Source: Dickeya solani IPO 2222 | GTDB lineage: Bacteria > Pseudomonadota > Gammaproteobacteria > Enterobacterales > Enterobacteriaceae | NCBI RefSeq assembly: GCF_001644705.1 | Contig: NZ_CP015137.1 | Span: 4,200,001-4,232,000, forward strand | Direction of reading: 5' to 3' | DNA: 32,000 nucleotides | In this document: piece by piece, positions 1-7,897 of the stretch | Position numbering within the stretch: the stretch's first letter is position 1 | Layout: each line of letters opens with the position of its first letter | Position numbers and translations under genes: made by a program | The notes under the pieces: generated by a model | Told to the model about the DNA's origin: nothing | Seen by the model: the letters and a program-made list of their open reading frames with translations, nothing else | Databases searched by the model: none

Positions 1-154
1 GGCAACGACGTTGTCGAGTTCTGTACATATGCTTGAGGTGATTGCCGAACATGACGCCATCATCTCGGCACTTGAGAAAGGTGATGCTAACGAGGCACAA
101 GAAGCGACACGTATACATATCAATTCATTTAAGCAGGCGCTTCTCAAAAACTGA
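1..154 (+). CDS. 3' end of a GntR-family (FCD-type C-terminal domain) transcriptional regulator, truncated by the window start
   Basis: The frame starting at nt 2 reads ATTLSSSVHMLEVIAEHDAIISALEKGDANEAQEATRIHINSFKQALLKN and stops at TGA 152-154. The H..I..A...D...A......H helix pattern is typical of the last helices of FCD domains. Confidence 0.5.
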   Translation, partial: ATTLSSSVHMLEVIAEHDAIISALEKGDANEAQEATRIHINSFKQALLKN

Positions 155-322
155 TAGCCGGGTAATGCGGCCAACTTGCTGATTTAGCGCATGATGGAAT
201 TTTGATCTTGCCCACCATATATGGACACGCGACTCAGTGAGTAAACTCTCAATCAAGAGGTGACTCAGATGACAAACCCCGCATTGACCAGTAAAAACCC
301 CGTAATCAGTGAATCCAGATTT

Positions 323-361
323 AACGCCTTGCATGTCGTAAAACATACGAGGCGTTTTCAT
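323..361 (+). terminator. Hairpin followed by a T-run between the convergent GntR-like and LLM genes
   Basis: The stem is aacgcct (323-329) paired with aggcgtt (350-356), with an inner atgt/acat pairing, followed by ttttcatttc. It could serve either convergent gene. Confidence 0.4.
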
Positions 362-368
362 TTCAGAC

Positions 369-1397
369 TTATTCGTCGCGCCAGCCCATCGCCGGAGCAA
401 CATGTTTTAGAATGGACTCGATAACATGCACGTTGTAATCCACGCCCAGCTGATTCGGTACGGTCAGTAATAACGTATCCGCTTCGGCAATCGCTTCATC
501 CTGTTTCAGTTGTTCGATCAGTTTATCCGGCTCTGCGGCATAGCTGCGCCCGAAAATCGCGCGGGTTTTCTCATCAAGGAAACCAACCTTATCGCTGTCG
601 TCACGGCTTGAGCCAAAATACATCCGGTCGCGATCATCCATCAGGGCAAAAATGCTGCGGCTGACCGAGACTCGTGGTGTACGTGTATGCCCGGCTTCTG
701 CCCAAGCCTCGCGATACGCACGGATCTGTTTTGCCTGCTGAATGTGGAAAGGTTCGCCTGTTTCATCGTCTTTCAGCGTGGAACTTTGTAGGTTCATCCC
801 CAGTTTGGCGGCCCACACCGCTGTCGCATTCGAACCAGCGCCCCACCAGATACGGTCGCGTAAACCTTCGGAATGAGGCTCAGGGCGCAGCAGGCCCGGC
901 GGGTTCGGGAACATCGGCTGTGGATTGGGGTTCGCAAAACCTTCTCCACGTAACACATCCAACAGCACTTCGGTGTGACGGCGCGCCATATCAGACTCGT
1001 TTTCCCCTTCGGAAGGGACATAACCAAAATAGCGCCAGCCATCAATCACCTGCTCCGGGGAACCACGGCTGATACCCAGCTGTAAACGCCCGCCGGAGAT
1101 CAAGTCCGCTGCACCCGCATCCTCCGCCATATACAGCGGGTTTTCATAGCGCATATCGATAACACCAGTACCGATTTCAATACTCCGGGTTTTCGCGCCT
1201 ATCGCCGCCAGTAGGGGAAACGGTGAGCTGAGCTGGCGGGCAAAGTGATGCACTCTGAAATAGGCTCCGTCCGCCCCCAGTTCTTCGGCAGCAACAGCCA
1301 GATCGATGGATTGCAGCAGTGCGTCAGCGGCCGAACGGGTTCCAGATTGCGAAGACGGTGTCCAGTGACCAAATGACAAAAATCCGATCTTTTTCAT
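369..1397 (-). CDS. LLM-class (luciferase-like) flavin-dependent oxidoreductase
   Basis: This is a 342-aa ORF. The N-terminus MKKIGFLSFGHW...AEELGADGAYFRVHHF and the motif ISGGRLQLGISRG are typical of bacterial luciferase-like monooxygenases. Codon usage is GC-rich like the core genes. Confidence 0.8.
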   Translation of the reverse strand: MKKIGFLSFGHWTPSSQSGTRSAADALLQSIDLAVAAEELGADGAYFRVHHFARQLSSPFPLLAAIGAKTRSIEIGTGVIDMRYENPLYMAEDAGAADLISGGRLQLGISRGSPEQVIDGWRYFGYVPSEGENESDMARRHTEVLLDVLRGEGFANPNPQPMFPNPPGLLRPEPHSEGLRDRIWWGAGSNATAVWAAKLGMNLQSSTLKDDETGEPFHIQQAKQIRAYREAWAEAGHTRTPRVSVSRSIFALMDDRDRMYFGSSRDDSDKVGFLDEKTRAIFGRSYAAEPDKLIEQLKQDEAIAEADTLLLTVPNQLGVDYNVHVIESILKHVAPAMGWRDE

Positions 1398-1969
1398 GAC
1401 GTGTTTATCCTGGTTTTCAGGGGAATTATCAGCAGGCGGGCAGCATCCATGATGAAGTAAACCTGCTCCTGCCTTGGGTTATCCCTACTTTACGCGTTAC
1501 CAGATGAGGATAAATATCGTTTGTTTAACATAATGCATCAAATAAATTGATTGAGTGGGGCGTGACGTGATGATTCACCAGCAATCTTCCACGAGAGAAA
1601 GTAAATTTATTTAATAATCAATTGATATTTAAATAAATTAATATGTCTATCTGTATGCCTAAAAGGAAAAGTCACGCTGCAAAAGGGGCGTGGTGGGGTT
1701 CTCATTTCTACCTGCGCGAAGTGGGCGAGCCGTTGCTTAATCTGGCAGTTTGCTAAGAGCAATCTCCCTCGTTATCTCACGGCGATGATGCCGCAGTTCC
1801 GTGTACCGGTAAATCAGAGCGTCTACGATCTGAAAAGTTGCCGGCAAAAGGTTAACACAGAACGAGAAATGGACGTTAATATGTCCGTTTCTGGCAAAGC
1901 AGACAGCATGCCTGACTGTCATATTGGTCATACGCGATAAATCATTTTTTAAAAGAGGAAGTGATTGTA

Positions 1970-2593
1970 ATGACTGAAAAAAATATGTTTATCACTGACA
2001 TTGATGAACTTGAGCAAATTTACGGGGCGGTCGCTAAGCCATCTATCACGAAGGTTACTGACCATATTCATGCTGCTTACCGTCCTTTCATTGAGGCATC
2101 CTCTTTTGTAGCGCTTGCGACATCAGGGCCAGACGGCTTAGATGTATCGCCAAGAGGCGATCCAGCAGGCTTCATTCACATCGCAGATGTCAAAACGCTA
2201 TATTTGCCAGATCGCCGGGGTAATAACCGAATAGATAGTCTTCGCAACATTTTAAATGACAACCGCGTGGCGCTTCTCTTTTTAATTCCTGGAATTGGCG
2301 AAACATTACGTGTAAACGGAACAGCAGAAATCTGTATAGATCCGGCCTTACTTGATAAATTCTCAATTAATAATCAATCGCCTAAAACGGTGTTGCGTAT
2401 TTCAGTGAAACGCGTTTTTTTCCAGTGTAGTAGAGCCATTATTCGCTCAAAACTCTGGGATCCTACTGTACAAATTGATCGAAAGACGCTTCCAAGCACA
2501 GGCAGTATTTTGAGTATGATTTCTCAGTCTGAAATTGATGGTCTGGCTTACGACGAGGCATTACCTGAACGATTAAAAAACACACTTTATTGA
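1970..2593 (+). CDS. PPOX-class (pyridoxamine 5'-phosphate oxidase-like) FMN-binding flavoprotein
   Basis: The ORF track begins at GTG 1961. ATG 1970 is preferred because the AGAGGAAG Shine-Dalgarno (SD) at 1954-1961 is better spaced from it. The motifs SSFVALATSGPDGLDVSPRGD and RGNNRIDSLRNI...ALLFLIPG..ETLRVNG match the MSMEG_1061-type PPOX family as I recall it. The gene is AT-rich compared with the core genes. Confidence 0.7.
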   Translation: MTEKNMFITDIDELEQIYGAVAKPSITKVTDHIHAAYRPFIEASSFVALATSGPDGLDVSPRGDPAGFIHIADVKTLYLPDRRGNNRIDSLRNILNDNRVALLFLIPGIGETLRVNGTAEICIDPALLDKFSINNQSPKTVLRISVKRVFFQCSRAIIRSKLWDPTVQIDRKTLPSTGSILSMISQSEIDGLAYDEALPERLKNTLY

Positions 2594-2841
2594 TTTTACT
2601 CGATAGGTAAATTATCAATCACTTACCTTTAGTAAGGCTAAACCGTTGCCGACACGTGAATGGCTTAGCTGACCTGTTAAGTAACATCTGGTGCTGGCAT
2701 AAAGCCGCTAATGCAGGCTTCGTTCCTGTAACCGAACGAAACGGTCAGAAATCATGGGTACATGAGGGGCAATGTGCCAAATTTGTCAGGCAGACTTTTG
2801 TTTAATGGGCTGCCAAAACGGTTAACGCCTCATACTGGCCC

Positions 2842-2909
2842 AAACTGACACCCATCGGCAGCCTGCGTTGCAGTGGCGACATGTGCTGGCGCTGCGTCTT
2901 TCTATCTGA
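2842..2909 (+). pseudogene. arsB: Probable 3' remnant of arsB (arsenite efflux pump), frameshifted and internally deleted
   Basis: One frame reads KLTPIGSL (2842-2865). A second frame reads PALQWRHVLALRLSI and stops at TGA 2907-2909. The ArsB C-terminus as I remember it is GPKITPIGSLATLLWLHVL...AALALRLSVTL. The remnant lies 43 nt upstream of arsC, which is the expected arsB-arsC order. There is no intact ORF upstream. Confidence 0.4.
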
Positions 2910-2952
2910 CGGATGTGGCGGCTCACCGCAGACTTTTAAAGAGAATTAGGCA

Positions 2953-3384
2953 ATGACAGAGATTACCATCTACCATAATCCGGCGTGCGGCACATCCCGT
3001 AATACACTGGCGTTAATTCGTAATAGTGGTGTTGAACCAACCATCATTCACTACCTTGAAACCCCACCCTCCAGAGAGGAACTTATTGGGTTGATTATCG
3101 CGATGGGCATTAGCCCACGTACGTTATTACGCCAAAACGTTGAGCCTTATACCGAGTTAGGGTTGGACGAAGATAAATTCAGTGATGAACAATTGATCAC
3201 CTTTATGCTGGCATACCCCATTCTGATCAATCGCCCGATTGTCGTCACGCCGCTTGGCACCCGGCTATGCCGCCCGTCAGAAGTAGTGCTGGATATCCTG
3301 CCTGATGCACAGCAAGGCGCGTTCGTTAAAGAGGATGGAGAACACGTCGTCGATAAATTAGGCAAGAGAATAAAATTGAGTTGA
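2953..3384 (+). CDS. arsC: Arsenate reductase, glutaredoxin-dependent ArsC family
   Basis: The 143-aa product is near-colinear with E. coli ArsC. Shared segments include ITIYHNPACGTSRNTL (catalytic Cys), HPILINRPIVVTPLGTRLCRPSEVVLDIL and GAF.KEDGE.VVD. Confidence 0.92.
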   Translation: MTEITIYHNPACGTSRNTLALIRNSGVEPTIIHYLETPPSREELIGLIIAMGISPRTLLRQNVEPYTELGLDEDKFSDEQLITFMLAYPILINRPIVVTPLGTRLCRPSEVVLDILPDAQQGAFVKEDGEHVVDKLGKRIKLS

Positions 3385-3694
3385 AATCATAAAGGCACAG
3401 GAAATGAGCCTGGGATATACCGCATCCCGGTACGTCTGGTTTTGGCAACCAGCGACAGTACAGTTTATTAGTCACGCATTTTCAGTGCGGAAAATATACT
3501 TAGGCATACTGGCGTATACCGCCAGAACAATTGAGTTTTTTCGCATATAACTAAAACGAAAAATCACCTTGAGAAATAATAGAAGGTCACTTTTCTTTGT
3601 GCCAAAGTGGATTAGTCGTTACTCAATTTGACAGTCGGCTAAGAGCGAGAAACGGAAGTTTTTTAAATAAGTCTGCTTACATCATTAATGCACC

Positions 3695-3979
3695 TTATTT
3701 GTTGGCTGTCGCGGTATTTCGCCATACTGGCGGTAAACGCCGGTGAATATGGAAAATGCGTAAGATCAGAAGGTGTTTTTTTTACACGGTAGGGGATAGT
3801 GCGGTAACACCAGCTCGTGTGTGCCTGGAACTCGCCCCGGTCGCCCCATTGATGGTTGCTCTGGCAGGAGTTGTGTTAATCATCTGACCTCACTGACAAA
3901 CTGGTCAGCTGCTTGCGGGTTATCTTGTGTAATATGGTGGCATTCGGTTGGCGGCTATGCGTCGCCATTTAATTTCCAT
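3695..3979 (-). pseudogene. ParE/RelE-family toxin pseudogene with three frameshifts and one in-frame TGA
   Basis: My hand translation of the minus strand gives four segments. Frame 1 reads MEIKWRRIAAN... and stops at 3920-3922. Frame 2 reads HHITQDNPQAADQFVSEVR, then TGA at 3880-3882, then LTQLLPEQPSMGRPGRVPGTHELVLPHYP. Frame 3 reads IPYRVKK. Frame 1 resumes with KKHLLILRIFHIHRRLP... and ends at TAA 3695-3697. Joined, these match the ParE/RelE pattern W..A..D...I..YI...NP.AA..F...L..P.MGRPGRV.GTRELV...YP..YRV......ILRI.H. The total span is 285 nt, about 94 codons. The ATG at 3979 overlaps the last 11 nt of the upstream antitoxin ORF. Confidence 0.6.
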
Positions 3980-4202
3980 ACTGCACTGTCTCACCTAATT
4001 TTTTAAACAGCTCGTCTATTTCATCAGCCGCAACAAAGTTATCCGCGTTAGCCTCTGTAATCGCTTGCTCAATCTCGGCAATTTGCCAGGTGTCCCGAGC
4101 GAGATTCTCTTCAATAGCCTCCGTCGCCTTTATCGGTGCTTCTAATCGGGCTACAGAGTGGTTATTCAGGTGAACTGACATGGCATCATGATGAAACCTC
4201 AC
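3969..4202 (-). CDS. Small ribbon-helix-helix (CopG-like) antitoxin-type protein, possibly shortened
   Basis: The ORF runs from GTG 4202, or from ATG 4181 (MSVHLNN...). The C-terminal half, WQIAEIEQAITEANADNFVAADEIDELFKKLG, is the typical tail of CopG/RHH antitoxins paired with ParE/RelE toxins. The N-terminal RHH part, SVHLNNHSVARLEAPIKATEAIEENL, looks about 8-10 aa shorter than usual. The gene overlaps the toxin pseudogene start. The start codon is uncertain because neither candidate has a good SD. Confidence 0.55.
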   Translation of the reverse strand: MRFHHDAMSVHLNNHSVARLEAPIKATEAIEENLARDTWQIAEIEQAITEANADNFVAADEIDELFKKLGETVQYGN

Positions 4203-4227
4203 ACAATGATTGTTTTGTATCTATTGT
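4201..4227. promoter_or_regulatory. Candidate antitoxin operator made of ATTGT inverted and direct repeats
   Basis: There is an 11-bp palindrome ACAATGATTGT at 4202-4212. A third ATTGT(G) lies at 4222-4227, forming the pair CACAAT...ATTGTG. The element sits at or upstream of the antitoxin start, where RHH antitoxins usually autoregulate. Confidence 0.3.
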
Positions 4228-4350
4228 GGTTGCTGTGAGGGAAGGGAGCAAGCCAGCAGCAAAATAATGGTAGCGGCGTATGTTTTCGGCCCTACTACGT
4301 GGTTGAATCTTCCAGTTGTAAACGCATGACACCGGCAGATAACAGGCAAC

Positions 4351-4381
4351 AAAAAACCCGCAAACTCAGAGAGAATGCGGG
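4351..4381 (-). terminator. Rho-independent terminator downstream of tRNA-Pro
   Basis: On the minus strand the stem is cccgca/tgcggg with a 13-nt loop, followed by tttttt. It lies 48 nt beyond the tRNA 3' end. Confidence 0.7.
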
Positions 4382-4428
4382 TTTCTGTGGGGTTTCCGTC
4401 AGTAACCGGTACTTACGGAAGTGGTATT

Positions 4429-4505
4429 TGGTCGGCACGAGAGGATTTGAACCTCCGACCCCCGACACCCCATGACGGTGCGCTACCAGGCTGCGCTACG
4501 TGCCG
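4429..4505 (-). tRNA. proL: tRNA-Pro, anticodon GGG
   Basis: The reverse complement is CGGCACGTAGCGCAGCCTGGTAGCGCACCGTCATGGGGTGTCGGGGGTCGGAGGTTCAAATCCTCTCGTGCCGACCA. It is 77 nt with an encoded CCA and the anticodon loop AUGGGGU. It is identical to E. coli proL as I remember it, and it lies downstream of yejM as in E. coli. Confidence 0.95.
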
Positions 4506-4583
4506 ATGCTATGGGCCGCTATACTACCGTTTCCTGACCCGATTGCAATAGCCGCTCCCAACGACTGCTTTAGATTTAGGCAG

Positions 4584-6356
4584 TTAGTTGGCAATAAATC
4601 GCCGTTCGGTCGTCAGCACCTGCAAGAGCAGCCCCAACTGGGGTTTTTCGTTTGGCAATACCTTGCCACTGGCGTCGTAAGCCCGGTAGTTGCCGTTGCG
4701 TCCCAACACAATAACCTGCTGCGGCGTGATGATGGTCAGCGCATTGTTGTCCCCGTTGAGCAGCCAGTTGATGCGCCGCTCGGCGCTGAACAGGTCCTCA
4801 CCCTGAGAGTAATCCTCGGTCGCGGTTTTCACATGCAGCAGACGCTGCATCAGCGTGGTCATCACGTCCTTCGGGTCGGTCATCTTGCTGATGGTTTGCG
4901 CCGGGGTATCCGGCCAGTGCACGACCAGCGGTACCTGACGATGCTCACGGTTCATCGGCGACGGGTCGTCATCTTTGAGACGTTCAGCGCTGCTTTGTTC
5001 GGCTGTAATCACCACCACCGTCTTGTCGAGCAGGTTTTTCTCGCGCAGCGTCGTGATGATGCGATCGATCTGTTCATCAATGCTGGCGGTGTCCTGGCGA
5101 TAACGGCGCTGCTGTTCATTGGCCGAAACCGGCCGGCCGTTGCTACCCGGCTCGCTGTGGTTGAATTCGATAAACGAGAACCAGGGTGAACGGGCATCGG
5201 TATTGTTGTCCAGCCATTTGGTCCACTGGGTGGTAATGGCCTCATCGCTCTGCGGTTGTGCCGGCGGCAGCGAAAAGTCGGACAACAGCGCCTGACGGTA
5301 GAGCGGGCTGCTGAATCCGCTGGCTGAGAACAGGCCGAACTGGTAGCCCTGACGGCTCAGCGCATTGATCAGCGCCGACGGTTTGCTGCTGCCCAGCACG
5401 CCATCCATGTAGGTGGTGGAGATCCCGTAAAACAGGTTGAACAGACCGCCATCCTGCTGGGTTCCGGCGCTGAAATGGTTGCTGAAGCGTACGTTTTCTT
5501 CGGCAAAACGCGCCAGATTGGGCATCGAGCGGGGCGTATCCTGATCCGGCACGTTGTCCATCACCACCAGCAGCAGGTTGTAGCCGCTACCGGCGTCGCG
5601 GAAGTTGATGTCGCTGAGCGGATATTCCACCGATACCGCGTCCGGGTTGCCCTGCAACGTCAGACGACGTTCATACTCCTGCGCGTTGAGCAGACCGTGT
5701 TTTTCCAGAAAACGACGTGCCGTCATCGGGTAGGAAAGCGGCAGATTGGCGCGCTGCATGGTAATCGGGCGGTAGAAGTTGGCGTCCGCCCAGATATACA
5801 TCAGGTGAGACAGGCAAAACGCGACGATGAATACCGCCGCCAGTGGCTTGGCGAAATGGCGCCGGCCCAGGCTACGCAACTTTTGCCAGCACCAGGTGCC
5901 GAACAGCATCTCCACCATGAAGATCACCGGCACGCTGATAAACAGCAACTGCCAGTCGCGTACCATCTCGCTTTGTTCCGGGTTGGTTACCAGTTCCCAG
6001 ACGGTCATGTTCAGGTGCAGGTGGAAGCGGCCGAACACCGCGGCATCGACAATCAGCAGCGTCTGCCCGGTGGTGGCGAGCGCGGCGGACAGGAAGCGCA
6101 ACAACCGCTGCGACATCACAATAAATGTCAGCGGAAAAATGATCAGCAGGTAGGCCGAAAATCCGATAAAGCTGAAATGCCCCAGCCAACTTACCAGCGA
6201 ATAGACTCGCCCGGCCAGCGACGACGGCCAGTCGGCAACGAACAGATAGCGGCTACCCAGCCCCAGTGCGAGCAGAATGTTGAACAGGGCGAACCAGTGC
6301 CCCCAGCTGATCATCTGGGAGACTTTTTCACGGTAGCGCGGACGGTTGGTTACCAT
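4584..6356 (-). CDS. yejM: Inner-membrane LPS-homeostasis protein YejM (PbgA/LapC), with five N-terminal TM helices and a periplasmic sulfatase-like domain
   Basis: The 590-aa product has an N-terminus and overall length like E. coli YejM (about 586 aa). Synteny is yejL-yejM-proL. Confidence 0.9.
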   Translation of the reverse strand: MVTNRPRYREKVSQMISWGHWFALFNILLALGLGSRYLFVADWPSSLAGRVYSLVSWLGHFSFIGFSAYLLIIFPLTFIVMSQRLLRFLSAALATTGQTLLIVDAAVFGRFHLHLNMTVWELVTNPEQSEMVRDWQLLFISVPVIFMVEMLFGTWCWQKLRSLGRRHFAKPLAAVFIVAFCLSHLMYIWADANFYRPITMQRANLPLSYPMTARRFLEKHGLLNAQEYERRLTLQGNPDAVSVEYPLSDINFRDAGSGYNLLLVVMDNVPDQDTPRSMPNLARFAEENVRFSNHFSAGTQQDGGLFNLFYGISTTYMDGVLGSSKPSALINALSRQGYQFGLFSASGFSSPLYRQALLSDFSLPPAQPQSDEAITTQWTKWLDNNTDARSPWFSFIEFNHSEPGSNGRPVSANEQQRRYRQDTASIDEQIDRIITTLREKNLLDKTVVVITAEQSSAERLKDDDPSPMNREHRQVPLVVHWPDTPAQTISKMTDPKDVMTTLMQRLLHVKTATEDYSQGEDLFSAERRINWLLNGDNNALTIITPQQVIVLGRNGNYRAYDASGKVLPNEKPQLGLLLQVLTTERRFIAN

Positions 6357-6369
6357 AAACGGGCCGGTA

Positions 6370-6600
6370 TCAGTGGATGTCGTTGGTTTTTATCGACGCC
6401 TGTAATGCGTCGGCAAACGAACCAGCCAGCGCTTCGCGTTGTCTCGGATTAGCGATGCTGGTATTGAGCAGATTGGTGACCATGTTGCCGAGCACCATCA
6501 GTGCGAGATCGGTCGGGGTGTGGTGCTTTTCCAGCACATTGACCAGATCAGACAGCAGCTGTTCGATTTGTTCGTCACTGTAACGGGATGATTGTGGCAT
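6370..6600 (-). CDS. yejL: UPF0352 family small protein YejL
   Basis: The 76-aa sequence [46 protein letters not shown] is nearly colinear with E. coli YejL. It is divergent from yejK as in E. coli. Confidence 0.9.
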   Translation of the reverse strand: MPQSSRYSDEQIEQLLSDLVNVLEKHHTPTDLALMVLGNMVTNLLNTSIANPRQREALAGSFADALQASIKTNDIH

Positions 6601-6761
6601 AAAATCGTGTTTCTCAGGTGATGAAAGGCAAATATATTACCGTATAGGGGCGTGGTTTTCCGCACTTTTATCAATGCTAATCGTCAGAACCGGGATGCTT
6701 TGAGTTGCATGCCGAAACGTCAGGTGCTTGAATACGCTCCTTACTAGAAGGAGAGTCTACC

Positions 6762-7772
6762 ATGAGTCTGGATATCGACCAGATTGCCCTGCACCAGTTG
6801 ATCAAGCGCGACGAGCAGTCACTGGAGATGGTGCTGCGGGATTCGCTGCTGACCGTGAACGGCGCGGTCAGCGATATGATGGCGGAACTGCACCGCGTTT
6901 ACAGCGCCAAAAGCAAGGCGTACGGCCTGTTTAATGAAGAGAGCGAACTGGCGACGGCATTGCGTTCCTGTCGCAAAGGCGATGATGACTTTCTGGCATT
7001 CTCCCGCGCCGCCACCGGTCGGTTGCGCGATGAACTGGCTAAATACCCGTTCGCCGAAGGCGGCGTGGTGCTGTTCTGTCAATATCGCTATCTGGCGGTG
7101 GAGTACCTGCTGATTGCCGTGCTGAACAGCTGCAACAGCCTGCGGGTGAACGAACAGCTGGATATCAGCAGTACCCATTATCTGGACATCCACCATGCGG
7201 ATATCGTGGCGCGCATCGACCTGACCGAATGGGAAACCAGCCCGGAATCTACCCGCTACCTGACCTTCCTCAAAGGGCGTGTCGGCCGTAAGGTATCGGA
7301 TTTCTTTATGGATTTCCTGGCCGCGGCGGAAGGGCTGGATACCAAGGCGCAGAACAAAGGGCTGCTGAAGGCGGTGGATGACTATTGCGCCGATGCGGAG
7401 CTGGACAAGAACGAGCGTCAGCAATACCGTCAGCAAGTGTACAGCTACTGCAACGAGCAGTTGCAGGCGGGCGAAGAGATTGAACTGGAAGCGTTGTCGA
7501 AAGAGCTGCCGCCGCTGGGCGACAAGACCTTTCAGACGTTCACCGCCGAGCAGGGCTATGAGCTGGAAGAGAGTTTTCCGGCGGATCGCGGCACGCTGCG
7601 TCAACTGACCAAGTTCGCCGGCAGCGGCGGCGGGCTCAGCATCAATTTTGACGCGCTGCTGCTGGGAGAACGCATTTTCTGGGACCCGGCCACCGATACT
7701 CTGACCATCAAAGGCACGCCACCCAATCTGCGCGATCAATTGCAGCGTCGGCTTGGCGGCGGCGGTCGTTGA
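6762..7772 (+). CDS. yejK: Nucleoid-associated protein YejK (NdpA)
   Basis: The product is 336 aa. [19 protein letters not shown]... and the length match E. coli YejK (335 aa). Synteny supports the call. Confidence 0.9.
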   Translation: MSLDIDQIALHQLIKRDEQSLEMVLRDSLLTVNGAVSDMMAELHRVYSAKSKAYGLFNEESELATALRSCRKGDDDFLAFSRAATGRLRDELAKYPFAEGGVVLFCQYRYLAVEYLLIAVLNSCNSLRVNEQLDISSTHYLDIHHADIVARIDLTEWETSPESTRYLTFLKGRVGRKVSDFFMDFLAAAEGLDTKAQNKGLLKAVDDYCADAELDKNERQQYRQQVYSYCNEQLQAGEEIELEALSKELPPLGDKTFQTFTAEQGYELEESFPADRGTLRQLTKFAGSGGGLSINFDALLLGERIFWDPATDTLTIKGTPPNLRDQLQRRLGGGGR

Positions 7773-7822
7773 TTTTTCCTTTCTGCGGCTCGTTTTCCGC
7801 TCTGTGCGGTGAGCGGCGCGTT

Positions 7823-7845
7823 CAGGCAGGGGTTATCCCTGCCTG
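7823..7845 (+). terminator. Strong hairpin downstream of yejK, a likely terminator without a clear U-tract
   Basis: A perfect 9-bp stem caggcaggg/ccctgcctg flanks the loop gttat. It is followed by the 12-bp palindrome caaaccggtttg (7846-7857). Confidence 0.4.
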
Positions 7846-7897
7846 CAAACCGGTTTGGCAGCGCTTGCCCGCTGTTTTATGATGGGCATTCGACTGC

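Noticed and set aside
125-403. 92-aa minus-strand ORF spanning the GntR and LLM gene ends
   Set aside because: It overlaps the 3' ends of two better-supported convergent genes and has no motifs or SD.
1590-1597. 8-mer cacgagag identical to part of the proL 3' end, considered as a distal att repeat of the islet
   Set aside because: An 8-nt match is expected by chance in about 4 kb, and the flanking bases do not extend the match. No convincing direct repeat of the tRNA 3' end was found by eye.
1737-1931. 64-aa minus-strand ORF divergent from the PPOX gene, considered as a LysR-type (or HxlR-type) regulator remnant
   Set aside because: The tail EITREIALSK, followed out of frame by QIKQRLAHF, is faintly reminiscent of the LysR HTH (TQPALSRQIK.LE). 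The remaining positions do not align, so the similarity is too weak to call by eye. A frameshift-aware blastx would be needed.
3404-3550. 48-codon plus-strand ORF (MSLGYTASRYVWFWQPATVQF...) downstream of arsC
   Set aside because: It has no properly spaced SD and no recognisable family. It lies in decaying AT-rich DNA and is probably fortuitous.
3821-4006. 61-aa plus-strand ORF
   Set aside because: It lies antisense to the parE-like pseudogene and the antitoxin 3' end, and has no SD or motifs.
4500-6452. Long plus-strand ORFs (4500-5189, 5475-6452, 5827-6153) and minus-strand ORFs (5009-5245, 5872-6189) overlapping yejM
   Set aside because: These are alternative-frame and antisense shadows of a GC-rich gene. 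The products are Arg/Gln/His-rich and low in complexity, with no recognisable motifs. The yejM frame has clear homology and synteny.
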